The notes under the pieces are model-generated. The model was given only the letters and a program-made list of their open reading frames with translations, was not told where the DNA came from and made no database searches. From Podarcis liolepis (taxonomy: Eukaryota): DNA of 64,000 nt. Positions within the stretch are counted from its first letter, which is position 1. Every line of letters begins with the position of its first letter. The translations under genes and the position numbers were made by a program. Shown in pieces: positions 50,686 to 63,634 of this stretch. The stretch lies in assembly GCA_965112155.1 (NCBI GenBank), contig OZ218100.1, one strand, 5' to 3'.

Positions 50686-53598
50686 GCTCTCCCTTCCCCT
50701 TTTATCCTCACAACAGCTCTGTGAAGAAGGATAGATGGGATAAGGTATCTGGTCCCAGGGGTGGATCTTGGTAATATGCCACCCTATTTGAGGCCTTCCC
50801 ACAGCCTTTACACCATTGGCTTAAGTAGGGCTTTGGGAAAGAGGTACAAGGCTCTGGCAGAGTCCTAGAGACTTCCTATCTCCTTCTCAAAGCTTGGTAA
50901 GTGCTTGCCTGGCTTTGTAAAGGAGGCAGGAAGACTCTAGGATCCTGCCAGAGCTCTTACACCTCCTTCCTGAAGCTGGGCATGTGCTTACCAGGCTTTG
51001 AGAAGGCATCCTCTTTCTCAAGCAGCGACTGCACCACTTGCACTGCCTAAATCCACCTTTGCTGGCCCAAGGTCACCCAGTGAGTTTGCATTTTCCTGTT
51101 GCATCAGTTGCTTTGATTCATGTTCTAATTCTAAAGCTAATTTTAAATCTTGATGCGAGTCTCCTCTGGACCGTTGATCTGCTTCATTTACATAGGGCTG
51201 CCTCACCCTATGTGCATCAATCGCCAGAAACAGAATTCAGGAATTCAGATTTTCAATGACTGTGCATGGGAAGATGTTGGCTACTGCACACCATCAACAT
51301 AATTTGTGTCATCATGCATTCAGGTGAACAACTGAGTAGGGCTACAGCAAAAGCTTGTTTTGCGATAGCTTAATGATTGTGAGAGCATATCTTGTGTCCT
51401 TAAATATGTGTGTGGTCAGGTTTGGCAGAGTTTGGGGGCATTACATTACTGCAGATGACTGCCATGATATAGGAATGATCTAGTTGCCAATGCAACAAGT
51501 CTTAGTCCTGGTCAATTCCCAAGTTCAAAAATCCGTTGTAAACTTTTGGAATTAGTAGACTGCAGAAATGTTCGTTAAAGTGTGTCATTTGCTCACTTGT
51601 CCTCATTTGCCCTCTCTTCCTCTGAATTGCAGGGTTTTCTACTGAGACGTTTGCAAAGAAGTGCTTTCTTGATTAAGAGAACTTATCGTATAAGCCACAA
51701 TCCAAAGGGAATTTTCATCCCTGAGTTAAAACCCCTGTAAATGCTGTTTTAGAATGGAAAGACAGCTCTAATCTATAGAGTCACAAACTCAGAGCCATAT
51801 AATACTCCTATCATCACCTTGCAAATCATGTCACGTAAATATGTCAAGATACTTGTCATGTTGTGAATGGTTGCAAGAATCAAATGGAACAAAATTTACA
51901 TAAATACCAAGAGACTTGATTCTGGAAGCCAAGCATACACTCTGAGGCCAAAGAATTTATGGTGCTGAATTTAATAACATAATGGGGTTTCTGGATGCAT
52001 AATTTGGCCCAGTTTACCTTTGTGGAGCCATTTGCCAAAGTTCTGGAAATCTCCCAGGTCATTTGTGTAAATTACGTTGCCTTGTACATCTGTTTGGTCT
52101 CTTGATCTGTATTTAAACTGTTCTGGAAATCTGGGATGAAAGTTGTTCCGATCAAAAACATATTCTCTGTTATGTTAATTTATGGCCTAAAAAAACCCAC
52201 ACCGAAAACCAGAAACATGATGAGGCAGAACTTCCTTGATATAAGATGTGCATTTTCAGTAGTATTGTATTACAACTTGCAGTTCTGAAGGCCAACAGTT
52301 TCTGCTGAAGGCCAAGAGTAGTTAATGGCCAATGCAATAACCCTGCCTAGGTTTCTGGTTTCCGTGTGATTAGAACTGTGTATGGAGAGGAGGGGAACCA
52401 GACTCTCTGTTACTTTCCACATATTGGGTTAGAAGTCTGACGTGGGGAGCTTGATGTTCATTCGTAGGCATTATTTGAACCCAGATTGCACAGAGTTCTT
52501 AATCTCATGAGGTGCCTACACATGTAGAGAACTCAGACCTTCCTCACCATTTCAGGTCTTCTCTCCCAAGACATAAATGGCTGGGGCCAGGGAGAGAGAG
52601 CAGAGGTTGTGATTGTGGATGCAAGGACAGTGTGTATAGCCTCACTGCCCCCACTCCCGGCACACAGCCCTAATTCAATGAGGCATAAAGCCTGAAAAAG
52701 GCTAATGATGCAAGGGAAACTCAGTTCAGCTTGGCATTCCTGATAAGCAGGTATGATAGTAATAACACAAGCAACTCCCTGTTTGTGTGAGGGTTGCATT
52801 TCGTGTCATTGCGTGTGTCCATGGAACATGCGTAAGCCCACCCCACCCCCTTCTTGGGTAAGAAAGGGCACATGTGCCAGTGGTCATGTGCCAATTGAAT
52901 GCACACAAAATGGTGGATGCCTGTAAAAAACACTAATAAATATCTTCCTAAATGAGTAATCATAGAACTACAACTGGAACTACATTGTTTTCAAAATTCT
53001 CCTCAGAATTCTCTTTTGCAGATGCGAGGCCACTTCTGAATATTCATGTATTCTCCAAATATCTGGCATCTGTATTTCATACCCAATGAAAAGGAGTTTC
53101 AGTGTATGGTATCCAACAATTAATATTTTGAGGTATCTGACAACTGGCAATAGAATTCAAGACAGGCAGTGGCTCTGTACAGATGTCACACTATACGAGC
53201 ATTCACGGTTTGTGGATGTATACAGGTGGCTATATGAATTCTCCTGCAACAGATCAAGCATGAACAAATTTGCTCCAAGCTTGTGAGACTTGCCTCTGTG
53301 GTAGGGGTGGGTGGGATCTCATTCAGCTGCCCAGCAGCCAAAGATGGGCTGTGTTGCATCACCTATTTAAGAGTGGTACTGTAGCTATTACGTCTTCACT
53401 TCTTACTTAAAAAACAACAACCTAATAACATTACTATAAAATCATAATATTTGCCTGCAAATCTTTCACTGGTCAGCACACCCAGTGAGAAGCCACACAC
53501 AGTATGAACTTGCAACACCCCTCTTACACTCACTCCATGATCCCATCCCATGCATACAATCATAAATCATGAAGGAAAAGTTCCTGTTTCTAATATAA

Positions 53599-53880
53599 GG
53601 GCTCATCCACACTTACACTGGTTCTGTGATTTCTAGACATGGGTCCGAGAGGATTTTCTTTTGTCTCGTCACTTTCCCTGGGAAAACCTGCTTTTTACTC
53701 CTGAACTGGAAAAACATTAAACAGGTTTTCTGCAGTTTGATGTTTGCTCTGAATCAGTCGTAAACAGTGGGTTTTCCCAGGACAAAATAAAAGTGACAGG
53801 ACAAAATAAAAATTTCTTGTGGACCCATGCCTAGAAATTATGGGACAAACAGAACAAAATATGTAAGTGTGGATGAACCC
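53599..53880. mobile_element. Fold-back MITE, PIF/Harbinger-like
   Basis: TIRs GGGCTCATCCACACTTAC and GTAAGTGTGGATGAACCC; inverted similarity continues about 110 bp inward (ATTTCTAG.CATGGGTCC, CCTGGGAAAACC). Confidence 0.75.
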
Positions 53881-55519
53881 TTGAATAAAAACAGTGTCGT
53901 CGTTACCATTCATTTATTATTATTTATTGCATTTATATATCACCATTATTCCTATGGGGGCATTTGACAGTACTGGATTGATGCCATGCAATAGTTTTCT
54001 AATTTTGTTCCTAATTTCTTCATTCAAAAATCAGAATGGGAAAGTTTTGCACATTTTGAGAAAATTCCTTTCAGATCTAAATCTGTCATTTTCTTATAAT
54101 GGCTAGGATGAATACAGTCCGTAAAAGCATGTGTGGAATGACTGGCTGCTTGTGAATTGGGCTTGGGAGCTGTGTGTCCATCTTCCTGCTCAGGCATGAA
54201 GCTCACTGGGTAGTTGCTTTGTCTCCTAGCCCTACCCCAACAACACAGGTTTGCTGTTAAGAAAAATGCAGTCGTCCACAAATACATTTCCACAAGCTTC
54301 AAGCTTCAAGGATTTAGGGAAGGATGCCATTATTAGGAAGGAATGAAACAGCTTTTGTAGAAATGTTGCCTTTGGGACTATACCTTGAATATGAATCCCA
54401 ACATATACATTAGGGGTTTCCTACTAACTGTGGCCCAATTAGAGCTGTAAAATAAAACTGCCTTTTTTGTGTCTTTCAAATGTACTTTGATTGTTTCGGA
54501 CCACATTAGAGAGTTTTCAACAACAAAAAAATTAAACCTGAGTGGCATGTTTTAAAGCACTTGGTTAAATGATATGCTGAACTGCTCTGAAAGACTCAAT
54601 TGGTTGGAATGAGGTGGTGCTGTTAAACCTAGCTGCCTCCCTTTGAGATTGTTGGAGTGAAGTCCTTTCCTTGCGATTTCTTTTTATTAATACGTTGGGT
54701 TCTTAGAACTTGGAAGTCTACGTATTTATTTTCATTATTATTCTAAGGTAAAAAAGTCATGCATGGGGTGTGGGTGCGTAGTATCGGTTTTCTTAACAGC
54801 CAAACAATCTGAAGGCAAGTTGCGTATGAAAGGGAAAATCCTCTTTTTCAGCAAGACTCTGAAATATGACACCTTGATCCCCTCAGGAACATAGGAAGAC
54901 AGCATTTTTATTTTTTTTAAACAGCCTTCAGATTCATGTTAAATTCAGATGTTTCCATGCTAGAGACAGCTTTACGGCAGATCAGATTCTACCACTGGCC
55001 TGCTGCCTTTTATTAGTTTAAGCTGTCTCTGGCTGCCCAGAATGGAAAAGTCTCCCTGCCGCCAGTGGTTAGGAGTTATTATTAACAGGACAGCCAAAGA
55101 GGACTCACATGCCTGAGCAATTTTATTCAAAGATCTTGTTTAAAAATGTGAAGGGCTTTAAAGGCCACTCTCAAACACAGCTGTCATTCATTTAAGTGCC
55201 ACATTCACAGAAAATTGGGCTTATTTCTCGCTGCTTGGTGGGGAACACCATGCAGACAGGTAGGGCCAACTGAAAAGTTAGACTGAGTGAGGAAACCACC
55301 TCAGGTGGCAAGTGCTCAGGGACTGGGAGTGGTGACAAGGTGTTGGAGGACAGAACTGTGTATGCCCCAAAGCCTGCCCTGTGCTTCAAATCCTCTGCTT
55401 TCGAGTGTGATGCAGATTTATGTTCCATCAGTTGAAGTAAGATTCAACTGCCAGTCCATCTAGCTTTTATACATGAAATGACCTCCTTTGGGGGAGATGA
55501 TTGAAAGTTGTAGTGGAGT

Positions 55520-56200
55520 AATTGCAGGCCTGGAGGAGACTGATCATCTAGATCCATTTCAGTCTGGGTTCAGGCCTAGCTTCAGGAACAAATTGGCACT
55601 GGTCACCCTGGGAGAGTGACAAGGGGAGTGTGATACTATTATTGCTGCTTCATCTTTCAGCAGCTTTTGATGCCGTTGACCATGTTATTTTGCTGAGATG
55701 GGTATTAGACATTGAACCTCAATAGTTTCAGTCCTACTTGCAGGATCATTTTGAGTATCGGATAAGAGATCTTCAGCCTCCTGGCAAGAGTTTGAACTGT
55801 GTGATTTACAGACTGGCTTGCTCTGCTACACCATTCTAATCCTGGATCATCAGTAGTCTGCATGCAGACCAATGAGCTGAGCATGAGACCTGGCAAGGTA
55901 GAGGTGCTATGAGTGAATGGTTCCTATATCTGGGAAACAGGCCAGTTACTTGCTCTAGATAGCACTGCACTCAATCTGAATGAACCAATCCGTAGTCGGG
56001 TGAACTCCTAGACCCCTCTTTGACATCTGAGCCCCCCCCCCCCGAGGTCTTCAGTGGTTGGGAATGTCTTTTACCAGCTTCAGCTGGTAAATAACATATG
56101 ACCATTGCAAGGACTCGGACAGATTAACCACTGTTGTTCATACATTGGTAACCTCATGGCTCAATGACCTTACTTGTGCCTTCCCTGCTACGTATGCTGC
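55520..56200 (+). mobile_element. Degraded L2 LINE reverse-transcriptase remnant
   Basis: LDPFQSGFRP at 55548-55577 and LSAAFDAVDH at 55654-55683; many indels. Confidence 0.75.
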
Positions 56201-56514
56201 AGTCATCAGAGAAGGTGCTTCTTTCAGTGCTGGATTTTTGACATCCAACACATATTTATTCCCACAAGCCTTCCCAAAAGGATAGCCTTGACCCCTGTCG
56301 ATTTTGGAAGAGTATGATGCTATTTCAATATATCATTATTATATTGTATTGCACCGTGTTTCTGTTCGGTGTGTCATTTTGAATTTCTCTTGCATACAAA
56401 GGGGTTATGAAATTTTCTAAATAAATAAGAAGAGGAGGGACACCATCTTGCCTTCGTTCAGGTAATAGGTGTCTTGAACTGGTCTTGCAAAGAGTAATAG
56501 ATAAAGGGGTTAAA

Positions 56515-56646
56515 TGTACCTTCAGAAGACATCTTAAGGCAGCCCTATTCAGGGAAGTTTTTTGGTCTTTGTGGAAGCCGCCCAGAGTGGCTGGGGAAAC
56601 CCAGCCAGATGGGTGGGGTACAAATAATAAATTATTATTTATTATA
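56515..56646 (+). mobile_element. L2 LINE 3' end
   Basis: Encodes TFRRHLKAALFREVF; reverse complement of part of 21505-21660. Confidence 0.8.
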
Positions 56647-58655
56647 TACCTACTTTCAGTAACACTTCTCTGGGTACTGTGCTAGCTTGTCGGTGCAGCA
56701 TACAGAACCATATTATTCATAGTAAGTACTGTGCCCTTCATCCAGTTAATGGTGCCACAAATGCCAAACCATGTCATTTCTGGAGAAAATCTAGTTTATG
56801 AGATAGGAATTGATTCTGCAACAGATCAGGCTTCTTTCTTCTTCTTTTGTAGAATGCTGTTATTCTTCTATATTCTGAATACCATAGAATTCAGGCAATC
56901 TGATCAAGTTAAGAGTAAAAAAAATTGCTTTTAAAAATACAGATATACTACAGTTTGGTTTGATATAGAAAAAGCTATTTCCTGAAATTGGGGGGTGGGG
57001 TGGGAATCTTCCCTGTGACATTGCAAACTGTAAACCTCTTTCCCAAGTCACTCTTAGCCCTGAAGTTTAATGGCAGGCAGATTTAAATGCAAAATTACTC
57101 CATCTTAGCATAAAGTTAAAAATTCATGAAAAAGAATCATATCGTTATCTGCTCTGTGTCATTAAAAGGTCTTTAGCAAGTTGATGAGGCATATTTTTAA
57201 CCACATAAGCTCTTATCCCGCAAGCCAGTTAACAGGGCAAGGCGTGGTAATGTGTGGTAATTAATGTGAAAATGCCAAACCCACAACCTCGGCTTAGAGG
57301 GAGTACTTGTAAAGGGTTATACAAACAAAGCGTAAAAATACCATCTGACATCAGCAAGATGAAGTTGAGATGGAACATTAAAGACTGCAGCATCATTTTG
57401 TTTCCTATGCATGAATTTTATGTAGATAAAACTATATATGGAAGTAGTTTATTCTAACAATATATTGAATACAGATATATGGAAAAGTTTTCTTGAACAA
57501 AGTTTCTAATGAATTTGAGAGAATAAATGCTCTGTGGGGAGTTGAACTAGAGGACAGATTCATTAAATAAGTAGCTTAAGAGCTCTCGTCAAGCTTTCTG
57601 TCATATTCCGTTGACATGTGAAAGGAGCTGTTATACGGATGCACGAATTAGCTCTGACCCTGTATCCCCTGGTCACCATTTTGGTTCACCATTGTCATAT
57701 GGAATTTAGTAGTGGGGTAGGATAGTGGCACTCACATCACGGCTGTATACCAGGATGGAGAAGGCTAAGAAGGAGGAAGAGGCAAGGTTGGTGCAGTGCA
57801 CACACGCCGGAAGAACCAATATGGTGCCCCCATGGTGCATTTGCACCTTGCTCACTTTGCTGTCACCTTCCCCTCTCTAACCTAGTCTGTAGTGGTGCTG
57901 TGGGTAATTGGAAGTCAGGTGAGCACTACTGCCTCACCCTACAACCCACTACAGGTTGGAAGCTAAGTGCATGGATGTTTGTAGCGAGGAAGTCGTCTGT
58001 TTGTGGAAGCTTCCCATGCATTTTAGAGCCCTTGAAAATTAAAGATCTAAAATGTTTGGGGGAGCCTTGAAGCAGGATCCCTGCTTCACAAGTCTGTCCT
58101 CATGAAGGGTAGCAGCAGAGTGATAATGGGTGGAGCCAATGTGCTTATCCCTGTAGCCCCACTTGCATATTAACAGCACACATGGATGGAACGCCTGCAG
58201 AGGCCTAAGATGGGTAACAGCAGATGCAGGTAACAGCATTACTGTTTGAAACCTCCACAGCACAGAGGAAAATCTGTGTGTCCCTCTCTTTTACCCTCCA
58301 AAAGAAGACAGGGAACAGGAAGGCAAGTTTCATTGTATGTACAGAACTCAAATGCTTCATATCAGTAGTTAATGGATGTAATTCAGGGCCACAGTAAATG
58401 TGATGTGGCAGAGATGGATAAATCTTCCCATATTCATTTCTCTTGGTTTCAAAAATTTTTTAAGGCCATATGTGAATTTGTTCAGCATATTATACTTTTT
58501 CCTTTTGGGAACAATGTTCCCCAATTCAATGCATTTTTATGTTATGCACATATCCACTAATATATGGATTTTTATACACATTATTTGGTGGGGGAATTGC
58601 ATCACCAAGCTCAGAGGTGTGAAAGGATAGTAATAGGCAAAGAGGATCTCCTGGC

Positions 58656-58691
<36 letters not shown>

Positions 58692-59095
58692 AGTCCTGAT
58701 AGTAGCGGAATTGTGGAATGCCACTTGTTTGCCCTTCCATGCAGCTTTGGCGCTGGGTATAGGAAAGCTATTTACATTACAAATTGACAGTGAGAAAAAG
58801 GTTATACCTCTCCCCCTATGCCAGATCCTTGATCTGAATCCCCTCCCATCCTCATAACACACATTTAAGTGTTTGCGTGCATGCACACACACAGACTACT
58901 AGAAAACCCAGTTATGGATCTCATACATTACATTTAATTTGACCCTCATCATTCTGCCTTACAGCAATAATGCTGACAATGGTACTGTAGAAGGATGGAG
59001 TGGGTTTAGCAACCAATATCATTTTTCTTGTTCATCCTTAGGCTATCTATGATATCTTGGCTCTTGTTGATCACCAGTGGCTATGAAAACTGTAT

Positions 59096-59156
59096 TTCTT
59101 CTTCTTCTTCTTCTTCTTCTTCTTCTTCTTCTTCTTCTTCTTCTTCTTCTTCTTCT
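59096..59156. repeat. (CTT)n microsatellite
   Basis: Seen directly; explains the poly-Leu ORF. Confidence 0.95.
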
Positions 59157-60810
59157 AAACAGCTACAGCCATAGCATCCAGTTCCTGACTAACCTTATAA
59201 ATGCAATATCAACCAAGCTAACAGATTCTACCTTAACTTACAGTTTAAGCCAAAGCTACATTTCCCTCCTCCCACACACTTAACTGTTTCTGCTTTATCC
59301 ATTACCTGCTCTGCCCTTATATTTCAACAATGAAGCCAAGGTGGAGATCATGACAAATCTAGCCTAATACATATAGAGTTTTCTTTTGCCATTCAGATCT
59401 TAAATGCTGTGTGTAATCTTAGAACTAGCCATACCCTCGGTGCAGAATCCAATAATCTCTAAGCGAATTTACAGTCTGAAAGTAGCATAATATGTGTATA
59501 TAATAATTTTTTATATCAGTATCTTGTTCTGTTTTACTTGCGCTCTGAACACTTTGGCCTGATAAAAGGTATTATTTCACCCATTTCAATCCAAGCTGGT
59601 AATAAACTGGGACACATTGCAGGAAACAATAAATATCTCAACAGTTGGCCTATAATAATGCAACAGACAACCCTCTAACCTACTTCCTCCACTTCAAAAG
59701 ATAAGAAACAAACAAACAAAAACAAAGTTAGCTTTTAAAAACCAAAATACAATGGGGAAAACTGGGTGAAAAGTTTGAATAAAAACTTTTAGAAAAAGAT
59801 ATAAAATAAGGATGTTAGATGTAGTTTCTTTTTCATTGAATTGTTACCTGGGTGGCTCGGGACCTTCCATAGACACTGCAGGCTTGCTTTCCAGGGAGGT
59901 CACTTGTAATATCTCTTGTAAATTAACCATGTTAGTTGAAACAATAAAACTTGATTAAAATATCTGCCTATTGATTCAGCCCCCAGGAACCTGATTTGTT
60001 ACATATTTTTATCCTGGTACAAGCTTTATGACCCCTGAAGATTTGTAAAGACCATTTCCAGAAATGTGGATGTTAAATTTTGATCTACAGTATTGTGCTT
60101 TGAGGGTGGACTCAATATGAGGAGTCAGCATATTATTTAATGTGCAGCCTCATCTTGTGCACACCATCTTCTCCCTAGTATGTTTGGCTTGTTCTAATGG
60201 TTGAATGTGTCTAGTTTTTCAATAAGGCTTCCACTGCAGAGTCAGAAAGAGGCCTGGCTTGATTGTGAAGCACAATCTGCCTTCATGCAAGTAGGAAGCG
60301 ATATAACTGGCAGAATGAAAAACAGATTAAGGTGGCGGCTGATAAGGAAACTACTGTGGGACAAGCACAACTGGGCTGTAAAAGTTCATTAAGAGACAAA
60401 GTGCTGATTGACAGATAGCGTGCAACGTTTGGAGTATAGTTTAAAAATAAAATTCGCTCTTTCTCACCCAATCTTCTTTCTCACTTCATTCTTACTGTGT
60501 GTATTTAAAGGTCACAGTGAAAGCACACAATACATTTAAAGCACATCAAACACAAGCTTCTCCAAGAATCATGGGAGCTGTAGCTTACCGCTCACAATTC
60601 CCAGCACCCTTAACAAACTAAAGTTCCCAGGATTATTTGGGGGAAGTCATGGGCTTTAAATATATGGTGCATATGCAGCCATAAACTGAGGGAGCTTTCT
60701 TTTGACATACACCGTTCTAGCCACAACAGAGATCTAGAGAAGACTTAATTTGAATTCACAGCTTAAATCAATCGAGTGTCATCTTTGCTACAGTTTAAGA
60801 ATATATTCTT

Positions 60811-61104
60811 GCAGAAATAAAAGTTATTAAATATACAACTACGAATGAAAGTCAAGAAACCTGTGGCTGTCAACAAAGGATTAAGACCGGAACGGTTGTT
60901 ATTGGATTAATTAAGATTATGAAAGCAGGAAGAAATAATAACTTTGTAACCTGAAACCCAGTACACCGGAAGTCATATCAGATTGATTAATTTGGTTTTT
61001 GAATAATTGACTCTCTCTTTTTTAATTGGATTGTAATTTGGTAATGTGACAATGTGGCTTTTATTGGAATTGTATTAAAATTAATAGAAATTATTATAAT
61101 AAAA
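60811..61104 (+). mobile_element. 5'-truncated LINE 3' UTR (L1-like) with A-rich tail
   Basis: AT-rich body ending AATAAAAAA. TSD AAGAATATATTCTT (60797-60810) matches AAGAATA+CATTCTT once the MITE at 61112-61338 is removed. Confidence 0.6.
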
Positions 61105-61111
61105 AAGAATA

Positions 61112-61338
61112 TAGTGGTACCTCGGGTTAAGGACTTAATTCGTTCTGGAGGTCCGTTCTTAACCTGAAACTGTTCTTAATCTGAGGTACCACTTTAGCTA
61201 ATGGGGCCTCCTGCTGTCATTGCGCTGCCGGAGCACAATTTTTGTTCTCATCCTGAAGCAAAGTTCTTAACCCGAGGTACTACTTTCCGGGTTAGCGGAG
61301 TCTGTAACCTGAAGTGTCTGTAACCTGAGGTACCACTG
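61112..61338. mobile_element. Tc1/mariner MITE (inverted relative to 21923-22139)
   Basis: TAGTGGTACCTC and GAGGTACCACTG with TA flanks. Confidence 0.88.
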
Positions 61339-62720
61339 TACATTCTTACAGCAGCTTTCTATGTCTGTCTTTTTAGGATTTTTTCAATGTAGCTTACTTC
61401 CAGGAAAAGTAAAACTTCTGTCTAAAAAGTTATTATGTTTACATTAAGATTTGAGCCTGACTTTATTCGATGGGTTGGATTCAGATATAAACTTTCATGA
61501 ACAGAAAGGCTCCATCTACGCACAGAAGGTTTTTGATCCCATGGAGGAGTTTTAAGTAGTGCAAAAGGGAGGAGGCTGTTTTTGCTGACTTTCTCCTCCT
61601 CCAGCAGCTTCGCCTCGCCGGTTTCAATCGGTCTCCCAGTCCTTCGGAAGAGATTTTCAGAGGATGCAAGCAAGCGTCTGTAGGGAAAATTGGCAAAAGT
61701 ACACATACCATTTCAAAGTTAGCTGAAAAGACTTTAACACATTTCTGTATCTATATTTATAACATTTTGTGAAAATTGCAACCACCAATGATATTTTTTT
61801 TAAGAACAGGAAGTACAAAATCTTGGGAAAACAGCAATCTGCATAGACCAAGCTCAAATGATTAAAACATTCCATCAAGTAACAATAAGCTCCATCTATG
61901 AGAGGGAAACTCTCCACAAGGATCTTTGAGAAACTGGAGGCTGGATATCTCTTAACCTTGGATTAATACATAGAGATAAATATCACTCTTCCACAATTTC
62001 CTCTCTTGCCAATTTCCATTTTTGCTAGTTTTCCAACAAAGGCAATTTTCCAGACCCTGTCATACCATTGCCTCAATGAAAAACCCACTTTGGTTTCTTT
62101 CAAACAGCTAAAGATACCAAGAAAAATGCTTATTAAACCCTCCTCCTCGCCAAAAAAAAAGAGCAAATTAAAATAGTTTTTACAGTGCTTTATTAATACA
62201 CTCCTCTAAAATAAGGCAGCACACACTCATATAAATACATTCAGCCTTCTATAATGTAAATCCCAACACTACAGATCTAGTGTGAGGTGAGCACAGCTGG
62301 TGTGGGCTGCTTCCATGTGACATCCCACACCCCTTGGCCTGTAGCGACAGTGTAGTATGTAGGATTATCCTATAAAGCATGGGGGCATTTTCAATAGGCA
62401 TGTTCCTAAAACTCCTTATATTGTATGGAAAACCCTTCCTAAGGCCTATGGAAAATATCGCCCTTGTGATACAGAGCTCACTGTTACACTGCTATTTCAA
62501 CTATAGACTGTGAATCATGCTGCTGTTCTAAACTCCTTTTTTCACCAATGTTGGCTGGGCTTCTTCTTTGAAATAACCAAACATTCTCCTACAGCTACTT
62601 CAATTTCACTGACCCATGTTCCTTGTGTCCCATATAGCGCAACACACTAAACTAGTTCCAGGCCCTCGATGCCAAGCATTCCAGGAAACCTACATTTGGA
62701 CGTTTCCTTAGAAAGCAGGA

Positions 62721-63075
62721 GGGACGCGGGTGGTGCTGTGGGTTAAACCACAGAGCCTAGGACTTGCTGATCAGAAGGTCGGTGGTTCGAATCCCCGCGA
62801 CGGGGTGAGCTCCCGTTGCTCGGTTCCTGCTCCTACCAACCTAGCAGTTCAAAAGCACATCAAAGTGCAAGTAGATAAATAGGTACCACTCCAGTGGGAA
62901 GGTAAACGGCGTTTCTGTGTGTTGCTCTGGTTCGTCAGAAGCGGCTTAGTCATGCTGGCCACATGACCCAAAAGCTGTACGCCGGCTCCCTCAGCCAATA
63001 AAGCGAGATGAGTGCCACAACCCCAGAGTCGGCCATGACTGGACCTAATGGTCAGGGGTCCCTTTACCTTTACCG
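62721..63075 (+). mobile_element. Sauria/Squam1 SINE, full length (variant Y)
   Basis: 13-bp TSD TTAGAAAGCAGGA at 62708-62720 and 63076-63088. Confidence 0.92.
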
Positions 63076-63634
63076 TTAGAAAGCAGGAGTCTGAGGGTGC
63101 CATGCTTTGTAGAATAACACAGTATGCCTCCTTGTGGGCACCAGCCAAGACCCAAGACCCTGAAACGTGGTGTGTTTTCTTCTGTGCACGCTCACAGATT
63201 GGGGCATGGCAGCTGCAATTCCCTGTAGCTACAGATGCAAGCGTGCACAGTTCTTTCGCATTCATTGTTGTGTTTGAAAAATGGAGAACACTCAGAATGT
63301 ATCCTCCCCCAAGACAGTGAAAACGCTGCTGATTTAATTGTAACGCAGGACACGATGCAAGCTCTTACCTGTCTTAAACATCCCAGATGCTCATGTGTTT
63401 AAATACGCCTACCATGGATGCTGGCCCAGAAGCAGCAAGAGCATGCCTGTGATCAGCTTCCCTCATGGCCTGCGTTCAGCTGGACCTGAGAAATGATTTA
63501 TAGCAGGATTGTGTAACTTGTAACAATATATGGAAAACGTGGGTTGGAGTATATTGACCAGACCACAGAGCACAAGACACCAGCATTCCAGGGACATGAC
63601 TGTTAAAGATGGACAAATCCTCGGGTTTTGGCAG

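Noticed and set aside
61963-62166. WYDRVWKIA...KL resembling an L1 ORF2 C-terminus
   Set aside because: Plausible degraded L1 remnant but too short and diverged to call.
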